Positions 17,854 to 26,471 of a stretch of 32,000 nt of DNA are shown here, one piece after another; within the stretch, counting starts at the first letter, position 1; the number at the start of each line of letters is the position of its first letter. The notes under the pieces are model-generated. The model saw only the letters and a program-made list of their open reading frames with translations, was not told the origin of the DNA and did no database searches. Origin of the DNA: Aeropyrum pernix K1. GTDB lineage: Archaea > Thermoproteota > Thermoprotei_A > Sulfolobales > Acidilobaceae. Location: assembly GCF_000011125.1 (NCBI RefSeq), contig NC_000854.2, positions 90,001 to 122,000 of the forward strand, read 5' to 3'. The position numbers and the translations under genes are program-made.

Positions 17854-18594
17854 ATGGCTATAAAAGTTGACACATTCTATGGCGTCATCGGGAGCGAGGT
17901 TAGGGACGAGTATGAAAGGGTTGTGGGCACACTCGTCAGCTTCTCCAGTAATGTAGACGGGGAGATACAGAGTATAGAGCTGAAGATAGTCGATAGGGGT
18001 ATAGAGAGGATACCCGGAGGCCGCGTCAAGATCGTCGACGGCAAGATAGTTGTAGTCCCCGAGTGGAAATACGAGGCCACCAGGGTCATCGAGGCTCTGG
18101 AGCGGGCCTACAAGAGGAGGAGGGCGGTTGAGAACATTGCCAAGCAAAGCAGCATACCCTCCTCAATAGTGGAGAACATGAAGAGACAGCTAACGGAGGA
18201 GATAAAGAGGCTTAAGATAAAGGCGGAAGAGGCCAAAACTAGGATTAAAGAGAGAATAGCCGAGATAGATGACGAGATGCTCCACATAGCAGGGGCTACA
18301 GCTAACCTTCAGATGCTCTACTTCAGCGGAGAGATAAGTGATAGAAGCTACACAAGCGGCATGAACCATCTAAGGAAGCTCAACGACTCCCTTGAGAGGG
18401 AGAAGAGTGACGCAAAGAGGGTGCTAGATAAGCTCGAGAAGACGTATGAGGCGGCTACAAACGTCCTCGAAGCACCAGCACCTTCCAAGCCCGAGGGCGA
18501 GAAGAGTATCCAGGCTAAGGGCGAGAAGCAGGGGCCAGGCAAGGCACCCGAAAAGAGAGACGGAGAGCTAATAGTCAAGATAGAGGAAGCTTAA
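17854..18594 (+). CDS. cdvA: Cell division protein CdvA
   Basis: N-terminal PRC-barrel-like 'VIGSEVRDEYERVVGTLVSFSSNVDGEIQSIELKIV', long central coiled coil, and an isolated C-terminal acidic/hydrophobic peptide 'GELIVKIEEA' after a Pro/Lys/Gly-rich linker. Confidence 0.88.
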   Translation: MAIKVDTFYGVIGSEVRDEYERVVGTLVSFSSNVDGEIQSIELKIVDRGIERIPGGRVKIVDGKIVVVPEWKYEATRVIEALERAYKRRRAVENIAKQSSIPSSIVENMKRQLTEEIKRLKIKAEEAKTRIKERIAEIDDEMLHIAGATANLQMLYFSGEISDRSYTSGMNHLRKLNDSLEREKSDAKRVLDKLEKTYEAATNVLEAPAPSKPEGEKSIQAKGEKQGPGKAPEKRDGELIVKIEEA

Positions 18595-18843
18595 TAGACA
18601 CTCGGCAACAGGGACATGTAGAGTAAAAAAAGGTAGTGTACAGCATTTGAATTAAACACAGCACCGGTAAACACAAACAAAATCAGTTTTAAATATATAC
18701 ATGGAGCGGGAATGTATTTCACAATAACACTAGGAGCTCTCCATATGTAGAGTACCTTTTTAGTAAGAAGGTAAGTGGATTCATGACCGTTATGGTATCT
18801 ATGTTAGATGTGATGCGTTATACAGTAGCTTTTGCACCTGCAT

Positions 18844-19683
18844 CTACCGCAGGTTGAGACTTCTTCTAACTTCATTATCAATAGCCTCTCCAATAGCTGC
18901 CGCCCGTCTAGCAGCTGCTTCGACCGTACGTATTAGAGCGGCGTCGACGCCCTCCCCCTCAATAACCTTGAGGCCTTCTATAGTGGTACCTGCCGGGGTT
19001 GTAACCTCATCCCTAAGGACGGACGGATGTATATCCCTTTTACCTAGATGCTCTGCTGTAGCCCCTAAAGTATCTATTACAGCTTTAAAGGCGACCTCCC
19101 TAGGCAGGCCAGCCGAGACTCCGCCCAAGGTTAGAGAGTCTATCATAACCGCCACATAGGCGGGCATACTCCCCACAAGGGCGGTCCACACGTCCATCCA
19201 CTCCTCCGGTATCCAGTAAACGCTTCCCATACAGGAGAGTATTGACTCGACAAAGGAGGCACGCTTGTCTCCTGTATACTCAGCAACTGCAGTTGTGCTC
19301 CTCCCTATGAGAGCGTTTATGTTTGGCATTGCCCTATAGACATGGCTTCCCTCCAAGGCTCGGGAAAGGGTCGAAAGTCTTACTCCGGCCACTACACTTA
19401 CAACTATCTTCCCCTCCATCACATCCCGGATCTCCTCAAGGAGGCGCGGTAGCTGGTAGGGTTTTACACTAAGTATAACAACGTCAGAAACCTTAGCCGC
19501 TAGCCTGTTGTCAACAGTCGCCTCAGCCCCTAAGCGTGAAATCCTCTCGAGAGTTTCCCTCCGCCTACCAGTGCCTGTAACGACCGCGCCACAGCTGAGT
19601 AGCGACTTGACTATTGCACCGCCTATTTTTCCTACGCCAAGCACAGCTACTCTCAGACCCTTAGGGACCGCCCCAGTCTTCAA
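18844..19683 (-). CDS. proC: Pyrroline-5-carboxylate reductase
   Basis: 'LRVAVLGVGKIGGAIVKSLLSCGAVVTGTGRR', 'DVVILSVKPYQLPRLLEEI', 'RAMPNINALIG', 'LRDEVTTPAGTTIEGLKVIE'. Confidence 0.93.
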   Translation of the reverse strand: MKTGAVPKGLRVAVLGVGKIGGAIVKSLLSCGAVVTGTGRRRETLERISRLGAEATVDNRLAAKVSDVVILSVKPYQLPRLLEEIRDVMEGKIVVSVVAGVRLSTLSRALEGSHVYRAMPNINALIGRSTTAVAEYTGDKRASFVESILSCMGSVYWIPEEWMDVWTALVGSMPAYVAVMIDSLTLGGVSAGLPREVAFKAVIDTLGATAEHLGKRDIHPSVLRDEVTTPAGTTIEGLKVIEGEGVDAALIRTVEAAARRAAAIGEAIDNEVRRSLNLR

Positions 19684-19784
19684 CCGGGATCACCAAGGCT
19701 ACTGCCTGGCCTACGCAGGGCCTTCCAGAATCTATAATATTAGGCTGTACAGCTGAGCTATAACTAAATCTGGGGATACTGTAG

Positions 19785-20336
19785 TTGGAGTCCAGCCTAA
19801 CTTTTCTGCTGCTTCCCGTAGGATTCCCTGGTGAGGTCCTCGTAACCCTTGCGCGACGGGCTAGAGAGGCGATGCCGGTCCCCTCATTATGGCTAGCCTC
19901 CACAGACCCGCTGGAGCCGCCTATTGAGGCTTATAGCTGGGAGCGGATGCAGTTTGACGCTGAGAAAGTTAACGAGCATATCCACAGCGTGTTATACGAT
20001 TATGTTAGAGAGGGTATCCGCATAATAGGTGTGGTCGACGCCGACGGTTACATACCTGGGTTTAACTTCGTTTTCGGTCTTGCCAGCACAGCCCTAGGAG
20101 TAGCAACAGTTTATACTAGGAGGTTGAAAACAGGAGGAAACGGGCTCTACACGGAGAGGCTGCTTAAGGAGGTGTTACACGAGGCTGGCCACCTACTAGG
20201 GTTAGATCATTGTAGCAATCGAGAGTGTGTAATGAGTTTTAGCCGAAGCGTGGAGGAGGTGGATCGGAAAGCACCACTATTCTGCAGCTCTTGTAAGGCT
20301 AAGCTCGTGCTCAAATACGGATCAAGAGGCCAGTAA
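19785..20336 (+). CDS. amzA: Archaemetzincin-like metalloprotease
   Basis: 'HEAGHLLGLDHCSNRECVMSFSRSVEEVDRKAPLFCSSCKAKL' (HExxHxxGxxH-C...CxM...CxxC). TTG start. Confidence 0.93.
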   Translation: MESSLTFLLLPVGFPGEVLVTLARRAREAMPVPSLWLASTDPLEPPIEAYSWERMQFDAEKVNEHIHSVLYDYVREGIRIIGVVDADGYIPGFNFVFGLASTALGVATVYTRRLKTGGNGLYTERLLKEVLHEAGHLLGLDHCSNRECVMSFSRSVEEVDRKAPLFCSSCKAKLVLKYGSRGQ

Positions 20337-20339
20337 TGC

Positions 20340-20774
20340 CTATATGTCTACGACGAACTGGACCCTCCAACATCCGTTCTCCTCCTTTATCTCCATGTCA
20401 GCGTACGTCATGGCTTTCACAATAGTCCTGTGTTCATGTCTAGACGGATCGAACTCCTCACCCCATGCACTAGCCACAATGCTACACGATTCTCCGTTAC
20501 ACTCTATTTTGCAAACTCTGAAGAGGCCGAATACAAGTCCCTCGGAGTCAGTATATGCTATGAGATTTTCAATAAACCTGTAGAGAAGGTTCTCGAGGTC
20601 TATACCCTCAATACTAGCATCTACCCTTCTCCTCGGTTCAACCCTGGAAGTGTCGGTGACGACCTCATATACTCCGCGGGCTGCATTCTCAAACGCCTCT
20701 TCAAGAGTCCTGCCATAAGCTATTACGAGGACGTCGGCCGTGTGCTCCTCGTGCATCCAGCCTCCGCACTGCAT
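20340..20774 (-). CDS. Archease (tRNA ligase RtcB cofactor family); track ORF extends to 20909 but the start is probably ATG at 20774
   Basis: 'MHEEHTADVLVIAYGRTLEEAFENAARGVYEVVTD...FIENLIAYTDSEGLVF...GEEFDPSRHEHRTIVKAMTYADMEI'. Confidence 0.92.
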   Translation of the reverse strand: MQCGGWMHEEHTADVLVIAYGRTLEEAFENAARGVYEVVTDTSRVEPRRRVDASIEGIDLENLLYRFIENLIAYTDSEGLVFGLFRVCKIECNGESCSIVASAWGEEFDPSRHEHRTIVKAMTYADMEIKEENGCWRVQFVVDI

Positions 20775-20820
20775 TTTAGCGCCACCCGCTAGAACATTAA
20801 TAATCTGTAGGGCTAAAGAG

Positions 20821-21534
20821 CTGAACATAGGTGTATCGTCGGGCTTGGGCAAGGGTTCTATCAGGGATAAGATAAGCGGTGAAGAGCTGCTGAGGCTACT
20901 ACGCGACAACCTCAGGGTAGACTGGAGGGAATACGTGGCTCTCGTTGCTTACGAAACGGACGGGAACCCTTTCGCAGTGCTCGCTGCAGTAGTGCTAAGC
21001 CAGAATACTAACGATAAAAACAGTATAAGAGCATATTTGAAGCTCCGTCAGACCATCGGAGTCACGCCAGAAGCTATACTGGAGGCCAGCTACGACGATC
21101 TAGTCGAGGCAATTAGGGAGGCTGGCCTTCCCAGGCAGAAGGCATCTGCTCTCAAGGCTCTCGCCGAGGCTGTGGTTAGGTGGGGCGGTGAGAATTATCT
21201 TCTCAAGGCCCCTCCCGAAGAGCTGAGGGAGAAGCTCATGTCTATACGCGGTATAGGGCCGAAAACTGCAGATGTTTTCCTCAGCCTCGTCAGGAAGGCG
21301 CCCGGTGTTTTTGCGGTGGACACCCATGCGGCCAGAGTCGCGAGGAGATGGGGCCTAGTGGGTGAGAAGGCGGGGTATGATGAAATATCCAAAGCTCTCT
21401 ACAACTATTTCGGGCCGGGTAATAGTGAAGAGGCACACAGGCTTATCATAGCCCTAGGCCGAACTTACTGTAAAGCTAGGAGGCCGAGGTGCAGGGAGTG
21501 TCCTCTGAGGAGCGTATGTCCGAGTGCCCAGTAG
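20821..21534 (+). CDS. nth: Endonuclease III-like DNA glycosylase with [4Fe-4S] cluster (track ORF starts at 20740; start uncertain)
   Basis: HhH 'LMSIRGIGPKTADVFLSLVR', 'FAVDTHAARVARRWGLV', and the cluster motif C-X6-C-X2-C-X5-C 'CKARRPRCRECPLRSVC'. Confidence 0.93.
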   Translation: MNIGVSSGLGKGSIRDKISGEELLRLLRDNLRVDWREYVALVAYETDGNPFAVLAAVVLSQNTNDKNSIRAYLKLRQTIGVTPEAILEASYDDLVEAIREAGLPRQKASALKALAEAVVRWGGENYLLKAPPEELREKLMSIRGIGPKTADVFLSLVRKAPGVFAVDTHAARVARRWGLVGEKAGYDEISKALYNYFGPGNSEEAHRLIIALGRTYCKARRPRCRECPLRSVCPSAQ

Positions 21535-22055
21535 CCCTGGTGGTGGCGCAGCCGCGGAGGCACACCTGGGCTCTTGAGGAGGCTTGGGATCTAGCTGTCA
21601 GCATAGACCCGGAGACTTCGAGAGCTGTGGAGACGGGCTATCCGGGTGTTATACTGATATACTCGGGAAGGGCGGCGCCGCTGGATGTTGCAAGGAGGGC
21701 TATTGCTGTCGAGCTAGGGTTTATACAGAGGGTGGTACCGGCGGTCATATGCGGGAGGATTAGGGAATCCCGTGAGGCCTATAGCATGTTCGAGACCGCC
21801 CTAAAAATCCTACCTGCGGGTGTCGGGAAGGTACTGTTCATTTCGTCCCTCAGGGGCTCCAGTAAGGATATGGTCGATGTGGCAAGGTTGAGCGAGATAC
21901 TGGCTAGAGCTGGTCTCAAGCCCGTTAAAAGAGGGGCCCAGGAGGTGGTTGATGTTGAGGGTGTAGACGACATACTCATAATATCCCCGGGTATTATCAG
22001 GAAGTGTGGCTTACGCTGTATAGTTGTCTATCCTGTACACACCGCCGTTAAATAG
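21516..22055 (+). CDS. Hypothetical protein, possibly THUMP-like
   Basis: ATG at 21516 (MSECPVALVV...) overlaps the nth 3' end. 'VETGYPGVILIYSG...RVVPAVICGRI...LFISSLRGSSKDMVDVARLSEILARAGLKPV...VDVEGVDDILII' has a THUMP-like layout, but this is by eye only. Confidence 0.45.
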   Translation: MSECPVALVVAQPRRHTWALEEAWDLAVSIDPETSRAVETGYPGVILIYSGRAAPLDVARRAIAVELGFIQRVVPAVICGRIRESREAYSMFETALKILPAGVGKVLFISSLRGSSKDMVDVARLSEILARAGLKPVKRGAQEVVDVEGVDDILIISPGIIRKCGLRCIVVYPVHTAVK

Positions 22056-22070
22056 TATTATCCTAATACT
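22054..22070. promoter_or_regulatory. Perfect inverted repeat AGTATTA-TCC-TAATACT between the THUMP-like gene and orc/cdc6
   Basis: 7-3-7 palindrome starting inside the upstream stop codon and 34 nt before the orc start. Confidence 0.45.
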
Positions 22071-22104
22071 TTCGCAGTGGTAGGGAAACCGGTACTCTGG
22101 GTGT

Positions 22105-23343
22105 GTGAAAGTGCTGAGGCACGGCCTCTTTAAGGACAGGAGAGTGTTTGACGAGAACTACATACCCCCGGAACTCCGGGTTCGCCGTGGTGAAGCTGAG
22201 GCCTTAGCCAGGATATACTTGAACAGGCTCCTCTCGGGTGCTGGACTGTCCGACGTGAATATGATCTACGGTAGCATAGGCAGGGTGGGTATAGGCAAGA
22301 CCACCCTCGCTAAGTTTACGGTTAAGAGGGTCTCGGAAGCGGCTGCTAAGGAGGGTTTAACTGTCAAACAGGCATATGTGAATGCTTTCAACGCGCCGAA
22401 CCTCTACACGATTCTAAGCCTAATAGTCAGGCAGACGGGCTATCCTATACAAGTAAGGGGCGCCCCTGCCCTCGACATTCTTAAAGCGCTTGTCGACAAC
22501 CTCTATGTCGAAAACCACTATCTTCTAGTGATCCTAGACGAGTTCCAAAGCATGTTAAGTAGCCCGCGGATAGCTGCCGAGGACCTCTATACTTTACTGA
22601 GGGTCCACGAGGAAATACCCTCGAGAGATGGAGTGAACAGAATAGGATTTCTGCTTGTCGCCAGCGACGTCAGAGCCCTGAGCTATATGAGAGAGAAGAT
22701 ACCCCAAGTTGAGTCGCAGATAGGCTTCAAGCTACACCTACCCGCCTACAAGTCGCGGGAACTCTACACTATATTGGAGCAGAGGGCTGAGCTCGGCCTC
22801 AGAGATACTGTATGGGAGCCGAGGCATCTTGAGTTGATAAGCGACGTTTACGGCGAGGATAAGGGGGGAGACGGTAGCGCCAGGAGGGCTATAGTGGCGT
22901 TGAAGATGGCCTGCGAGATGGCGGAGGCTATGGGGAGGGATAGCCTTAGTGAGGACCTCGTTAGAAAAGCGGTCTCCGAGAACGAGGCGGCCAGTATACA
23001 AACCCACGAGCTTGAGGCCCTCAGCATACACGAGCTTATCATACTCAGGCTCATTGCAGAGGCTACCCTGGGTGGGATGGAATGGATAAACGCGGGGCTC
23101 CTAAGGCAACGCTACGAAGATGCTTCCTTGACCATGTATAATGTTAAGCCCAGGGGCTACACCCAGTACCATATCTACCTCAAACATTTAACCTCCCTAG
23201 GGCTCGTAGATGCTAAGCCCTCTGGCAGGGGCATGAGGGGTAGGACAACACTCTTCAGGCTAGCGCCCCACCTTCCGGCTGATAGGCTTATAGAAGTTGT
23301 GGACAACATAATACAGGCTAAAATGGCCTCAGGCTACGAGTAA
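22105..23343 (+). CDS. cdc6: Orc1/Cdc6 family replication initiator (ORC2-like of Aeropyrum)
   Basis: 'IYGSIGRVGIGKTTLAKFTV' Walker A, 'HYLLVILDEFQSML' Walker B, and C-terminal winged helix. I recognise the sequence from memory as near-identical to A. pernix ORC2; the database match is not verified. Confidence 0.9.
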   Translation: MKVLRHGLFKDRRVFDENYIPPELRVRRGEAEALARIYLNRLLSGAGLSDVNMIYGSIGRVGIGKTTLAKFTVKRVSEAAAKEGLTVKQAYVNAFNAPNLYTILSLIVRQTGYPIQVRGAPALDILKALVDNLYVENHYLLVILDEFQSMLSSPRIAAEDLYTLLRVHEEIPSRDGVNRIGFLLVASDVRALSYMREKIPQVESQIGFKLHLPAYKSRELYTILEQRAELGLRDTVWEPRHLELISDVYGEDKGGDGSARRAIVALKMACEMAEAMGRDSLSEDLVRKAVSENEAASIQTHELEALSIHELIILRLIAEATLGGMEWINAGLLRQRYEDASLTMYNVKPRGYTQYHIYLKHLTSLGLVDAKPSGRGMRGRTTLFRLAPHLPADRLIEVVDNIIQAKMASGYE

Positions 23344-23363
23344 CTCACACGCCCGGTGAGGCA

Positions 23364-23633
23364 GTGATGGTTAAACTTGAGGATATAATCTCGAGCAGGG
23401 GGAAGCTTAAAATACTTAAGGTACTATTCCGGAGGGGGCAAGCAAACATAACATTGATAGTAAGGGAGACCGGCCTTCATCACAGGCTTGTTTCGAAGCA
23501 TATAGAGGAGTTGAAAACCGCGAACATCGTAGGGGAGCGCCGCTACGGCCGCCTCAGGATAATCTATATAAACTATGGAGAGCCTAAAGCGAGGATTCTA
23601 AGGGATATAGTCAAGACGCTCGATATTTCTTGA
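23364..23633 (+). CDS. Small winged-helix DNA-binding protein
   Basis: 'SSRGKLKILKVLFRRGQANITLIVRETGLHHRLVSKHIEELKTANIVGERRYGRLRIIYINYGEPKARILRDIVKTLD': a single wHTH covering most of the protein. Confidence 0.75.
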   Translation: MMVKLEDIISSRGKLKILKVLFRRGQANITLIVRETGLHHRLVSKHIEELKTANIVGERRYGRLRIIYINYGEPKARILRDIVKTLDIS

Positions 23634-24369
23634 CCGCCTTCCTGATAGTATCAACAAGAAGCTTTACGTAGTTCTCATCACTCACTGCGACCCCCTTCAC
23701 CCCCGAAGTACCGCCTGGAAATAGGAATATGGCGCGTCCAGAGGTCACTAGCGAATCGGGGAGCGGGAGTTCCAGCCGAACTAATTCGACACCCTCTACA
23801 CTGATCTTTAAGTCGGCGCCTGCCGTGTTTGAAATTAGTATCAGAGCCTCCTTACCGAGCTTCACCGCTTCAGAAGCAACCGTCTCCACTATACTCTCAT
23901 ATCGGTGAAGCACGTTGAGGACGGTTATGTAGACGAAACCACTGTCACGTAACGCATCCACTGCGAGGCTGATAGCCTGGTACGGGCTGTCAAGGTAGAG
24001 TGGCTCGGTAACCCGCTCCCGAGAGGCGATCTCTCTCTCAAGTAGCTCAGCAGCCTCCAAAACCTTTAGCGCCCTGCTCCTAGACTCCTCCTCTATCCTA
24101 GCTATCTCAGCCACAGCAGCAGCCCTAGGAGGAACGTATCGGTACCATCCTTCGCTAGAAGGGACTGCGAGTCCTTTGGATTCGAGGACTCGTATAACGT
24201 CGTATACCCTCGGCAAGGGGACGCCGCTCATCGCGCTGGCCTCCTTGGGAGATGAAGCACCCTTTAGTAGTGCTAGATAAATTTTGGCTTCGTAAGCCGT
24301 GAGTCTGAAGCTCCTCTGGAGCAGAGATACCAGGTCCTCTTCGCTCTTACCTTCCAAGCCTTGCCACAC
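23611..24369 (-). CDS. TrmB-like transcriptional regulator
   Basis: 'FRLTAYEAKIYLALLKGASSPKEASAMSGVPLPRVYDVIRVLESKGLAV' plus a phospholipase-D-like C-terminal effector domain. Confidence 0.85.
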   Translation of the reverse strand: MWQGLEGKSEEDLVSLLQRSFRLTAYEAKIYLALLKGASSPKEASAMSGVPLPRVYDVIRVLESKGLAVPSSEGWYRYVPPRAAAVAEIARIEEESRSRALKVLEAAELLEREIASRERVTEPLYLDSPYQAISLAVDALRDSGFVYITVLNVLHRYESIVETVASEAVKLGKEALILISNTAGADLKISVEGVELVRLELPLPDSLVTSGRAIFLFPGGTSGVKGVAVSDENYVKLLVDTIRKAVKKYRAS

Positions 24370-24387
24370 CTACTTCCAAATAGTAGG
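24369..24387. promoter_or_regulatory. Inverted repeat CCTACT-TCCAAAT-AGTAGG at the TrmB-like gene start; candidate autoregulatory operator or 5'UTR hairpin
   Basis: Perfect 6-7-6 palindrome. It contains TACT...AGTA half-sites similar in kind to reported TrmB operators, and its edge overlaps the GTG start. Confidence 0.45.
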
Positions 24388-24492
24388 CCTAATCATGCCC
24401 CCAAGCCGGTTAGACGCTATAACGCCATATATACAAGTTCTACCTAGAAGGCTAATAAGGGGGTCCTGAACGCAGATTCACCGATTTTTATA

Positions 24493-25857
24493 TTATTCAT
24501 GTGAAATCCTCCCAGGCTGCCCACGCACATAATCTTCTCTAGGGCAGCCAGGGGGAAGATTATTAAGTGACGCAATAGCTAGGGCAGCCCAAGGAGCGAG
24601 GGACGCAAGAGCGGTTATTACGTTCTCCACGCTGTATCCTCTCGTATCTCTGAAGGATCTAGATTTGAGGTCTATAGGCTCTATAGTGCTAGACTTGAGT
24701 ACGGTAGGCTTTAGGAATTCCACCCCTGGTGACAACTTCTCCGCCATAATAGAAGTAGTCCTGACTGATGCTTCCGACTCCGACGGCGAAGGGAGTAGAC
24801 GCGCGATATGTCTCTCCCCATCCCCTACAATACCAGTGCCAAAGCCTTCAATACCCATGGCCAGAGACCTGTAGCCCCCTAAATCTCCTACTAGGCTTGC
24901 GGCAAACCAGACCATTCCCTCTCCAGGCCACGCCCCTCTAAGACTATAAGGTTTAGTTAAACTTAAACGGCGGAGAGACGTGAGGTTGTAACTACTATCC
25001 CCTGCCTCCCCGAGCACACCTACATCGATTCCAGATCCAACATGCTCTAGTATGAAAGTAATTTCCCCCTCGGAACCTGCTGTAGCGGCGATCACTCTAA
25101 CAGTATGGCCGAAATCAAGGGTTACAGCCCTTCCTCCCTGCAGATCAACAATAAGCCCTTTGGTGTCTAGTGACCCGTAGGCGATGGTTCTTCCGCTTTG
25201 GCTGTAGACGCCTAATATCGATAGCTTTCCACTGGCTGCCGTCAAACGTATAAGTTCTACACCCTCGTCTCCGACTATCGCGATTAAACCGGGCGCTACT
25301 GGAACAGCATTCCCCCACGAGGGATGGTTGCGTGTATAATTTTGGGAGGGGTTGTAATGCCGGCTCAACTCCTCTTCAAGGCCTCTCAAGAAGAACATCT
25401 TGAAAGACCCTGCCCTGTGGTCGTAGATGACTAAGACTCCGGTTCCGTCGCCCCGTATGCTAGCCGCTATTGCACTCTCGCTGCTACAGGATAGCCCGGA
25501 GAAGGAGCCTCCTATGTATGCTGTTTCAGCCGAAGACCCGCCAGTGTAGACTGCCAGGTACGGCTCGGCCATTACGACTACAGCAGCTGTAAAGCCGTCT
25601 CCAGTACAAGCAGCTGCAACGCCGTATCCAGGTATCCTAGCGGCCTCACCGCCTATACTCATCTGCAGCCCGGAGAATAGTTCTACTATGTAAGCCCCCT
25701 CCGGTCTATAATATAGTATTGTCCTCTCCGCCAAGAAACCGTCCACAGTAGGCTCTAGGTCCACGAACCCTGCGGCAATAGAGGTTATTAGAAGCATAGC
25801 TACTATAACATGCCAAGCCCTTAAAGGTCCAGTATTACCCTTCTCGGCCATCGACAA
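24493..25857 (-). CDS. Membrane-anchored protein with large putatively extracellular domain, function unknown
   Basis: N-terminal TM 'WHVIVAMLLITSIAAGFVDL', C-terminal TM 'VITALASLAPWAALAIASL', and a Gly/Ser-rich beta-type central region. Confidence 0.7.
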   Translation of the reverse strand: MSMAEKGNTGPLRAWHVIVAMLLITSIAAGFVDLEPTVDGFLAERTILYYRPEGAYIVELFSGLQMSIGGEAARIPGYGVAAACTGDGFTAAVVVMAEPYLAVYTGGSSAETAYIGGSFSGLSCSSESAIAASIRGDGTGVLVIYDHRAGSFKMFFLRGLEEELSRHYNPSQNYTRNHPSWGNAVPVAPGLIAIVGDEGVELIRLTAASGKLSILGVYSQSGRTIAYGSLDTKGLIVDLQGGRAVTLDFGHTVRVIAATAGSEGEITFILEHVGSGIDVGVLGEAGDSSYNLTSLRRLSLTKPYSLRGAWPGEGMVWFAASLVGDLGGYRSLAMGIEGFGTGIVGDGERHIARLLPSPSESEASVRTTSIMAEKLSPGVEFLKPTVLKSSTIEPIDLKSRSFRDTRGYSVENVITALASLAPWAALAIASLNNLPPGCPREDYVRGQPGRISHE

Positions 25858-25927
25858 TCAACCCCCTCGGCGATAGGAAACTGTTCTAGCCTTTACCATG
25901 GGCGCTTTTGCTACATAACACTCAATG

Positions 25928-26458
25928 CTAGTTGAAGGCTTCGCCGACATATTCTAGCTCACCTCTCCCAACAGCTATCTTCCCTTCAGGAGTTAATACA
26001 GCTACAACACCCCTAACCTTATAGCCTGTTCCGTCTTCCCGGAATTCAACATCCTCGATTTGCAACGGAGCAGCGCAAACGAACCCTGGGCCCGATAATC
26101 CTGGGTCTCTCGTGTCTATGACCTCATCAAGCCGTGCTCTAGTGAATCTTTTATATGGGGGGCTGTAGCATAAAAGCCTCTCTCCCTCCCACCACAGGAG
26201 CGCCTCCCCTAGCCTATAGCATGATACACCGTCTCTACCCTCCTCTATCATGCTAACCGCTCTAGACATGTCAGCCATATCCCTATATACAACCCATAGA
26301 CCCACCAATGTTGCTACAAAAATCGAGCCTGCCACTAAGAGTCCACTTCCAGGTCCAAGGTAGTAAGTCAACGTTACAAGAAGAGCTGTAACAACAATAT
26401 CAGACACGGCCAGACCAACGAGGGAAGCCTTGTAGAGTAGGCTACATTTGGCTGCCAA
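25928..26458 (-). CDS. Small protein with two N-terminal TM segments, function unknown
   Basis: 'ASLVGLAVSDIVVTALLVTLTYYLGPGSGLLVAGSIFVATLVGLWVVY' followed by a soluble domain. Confidence 0.7.
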   Translation of the reverse strand: MAAKCSLLYKASLVGLAVSDIVVTALLVTLTYYLGPGSGLLVAGSIFVATLVGLWVVYRDMADMSRAVSMIEEGRDGVSCYRLGEALLWWEGERLLCYSPPYKRFTRARLDEVIDTRDPGLSGPGFVCAAPLQIEDVEFREDGTGYKVRGVVAVLTPEGKIAVGRGELEYVGEAFN

Positions 26459-26471
26459 ATCCTATCGCCTC

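Noticed and set aside
22056-22104. Possible replication origin box: CAGTGGTAGGGAAACC resembles parts of ORB elements (CAGTGG...AAAC)
   Set aside because: The spacing is wrong and there is only one imperfect copy, with no AT-rich duplex-unwinding element and no further copies nearby. An origin cannot be claimed. An ORB motif scan and a GC-skew or marker-frequency analysis would decide.
23364-23633. Small wHTH ORF as an antitoxin of a toxin-antitoxin pair
   Set aside because: The adjacent genes are an Orc1/Cdc6 initiator and a TrmB-like regulator, with no toxin-like partner.
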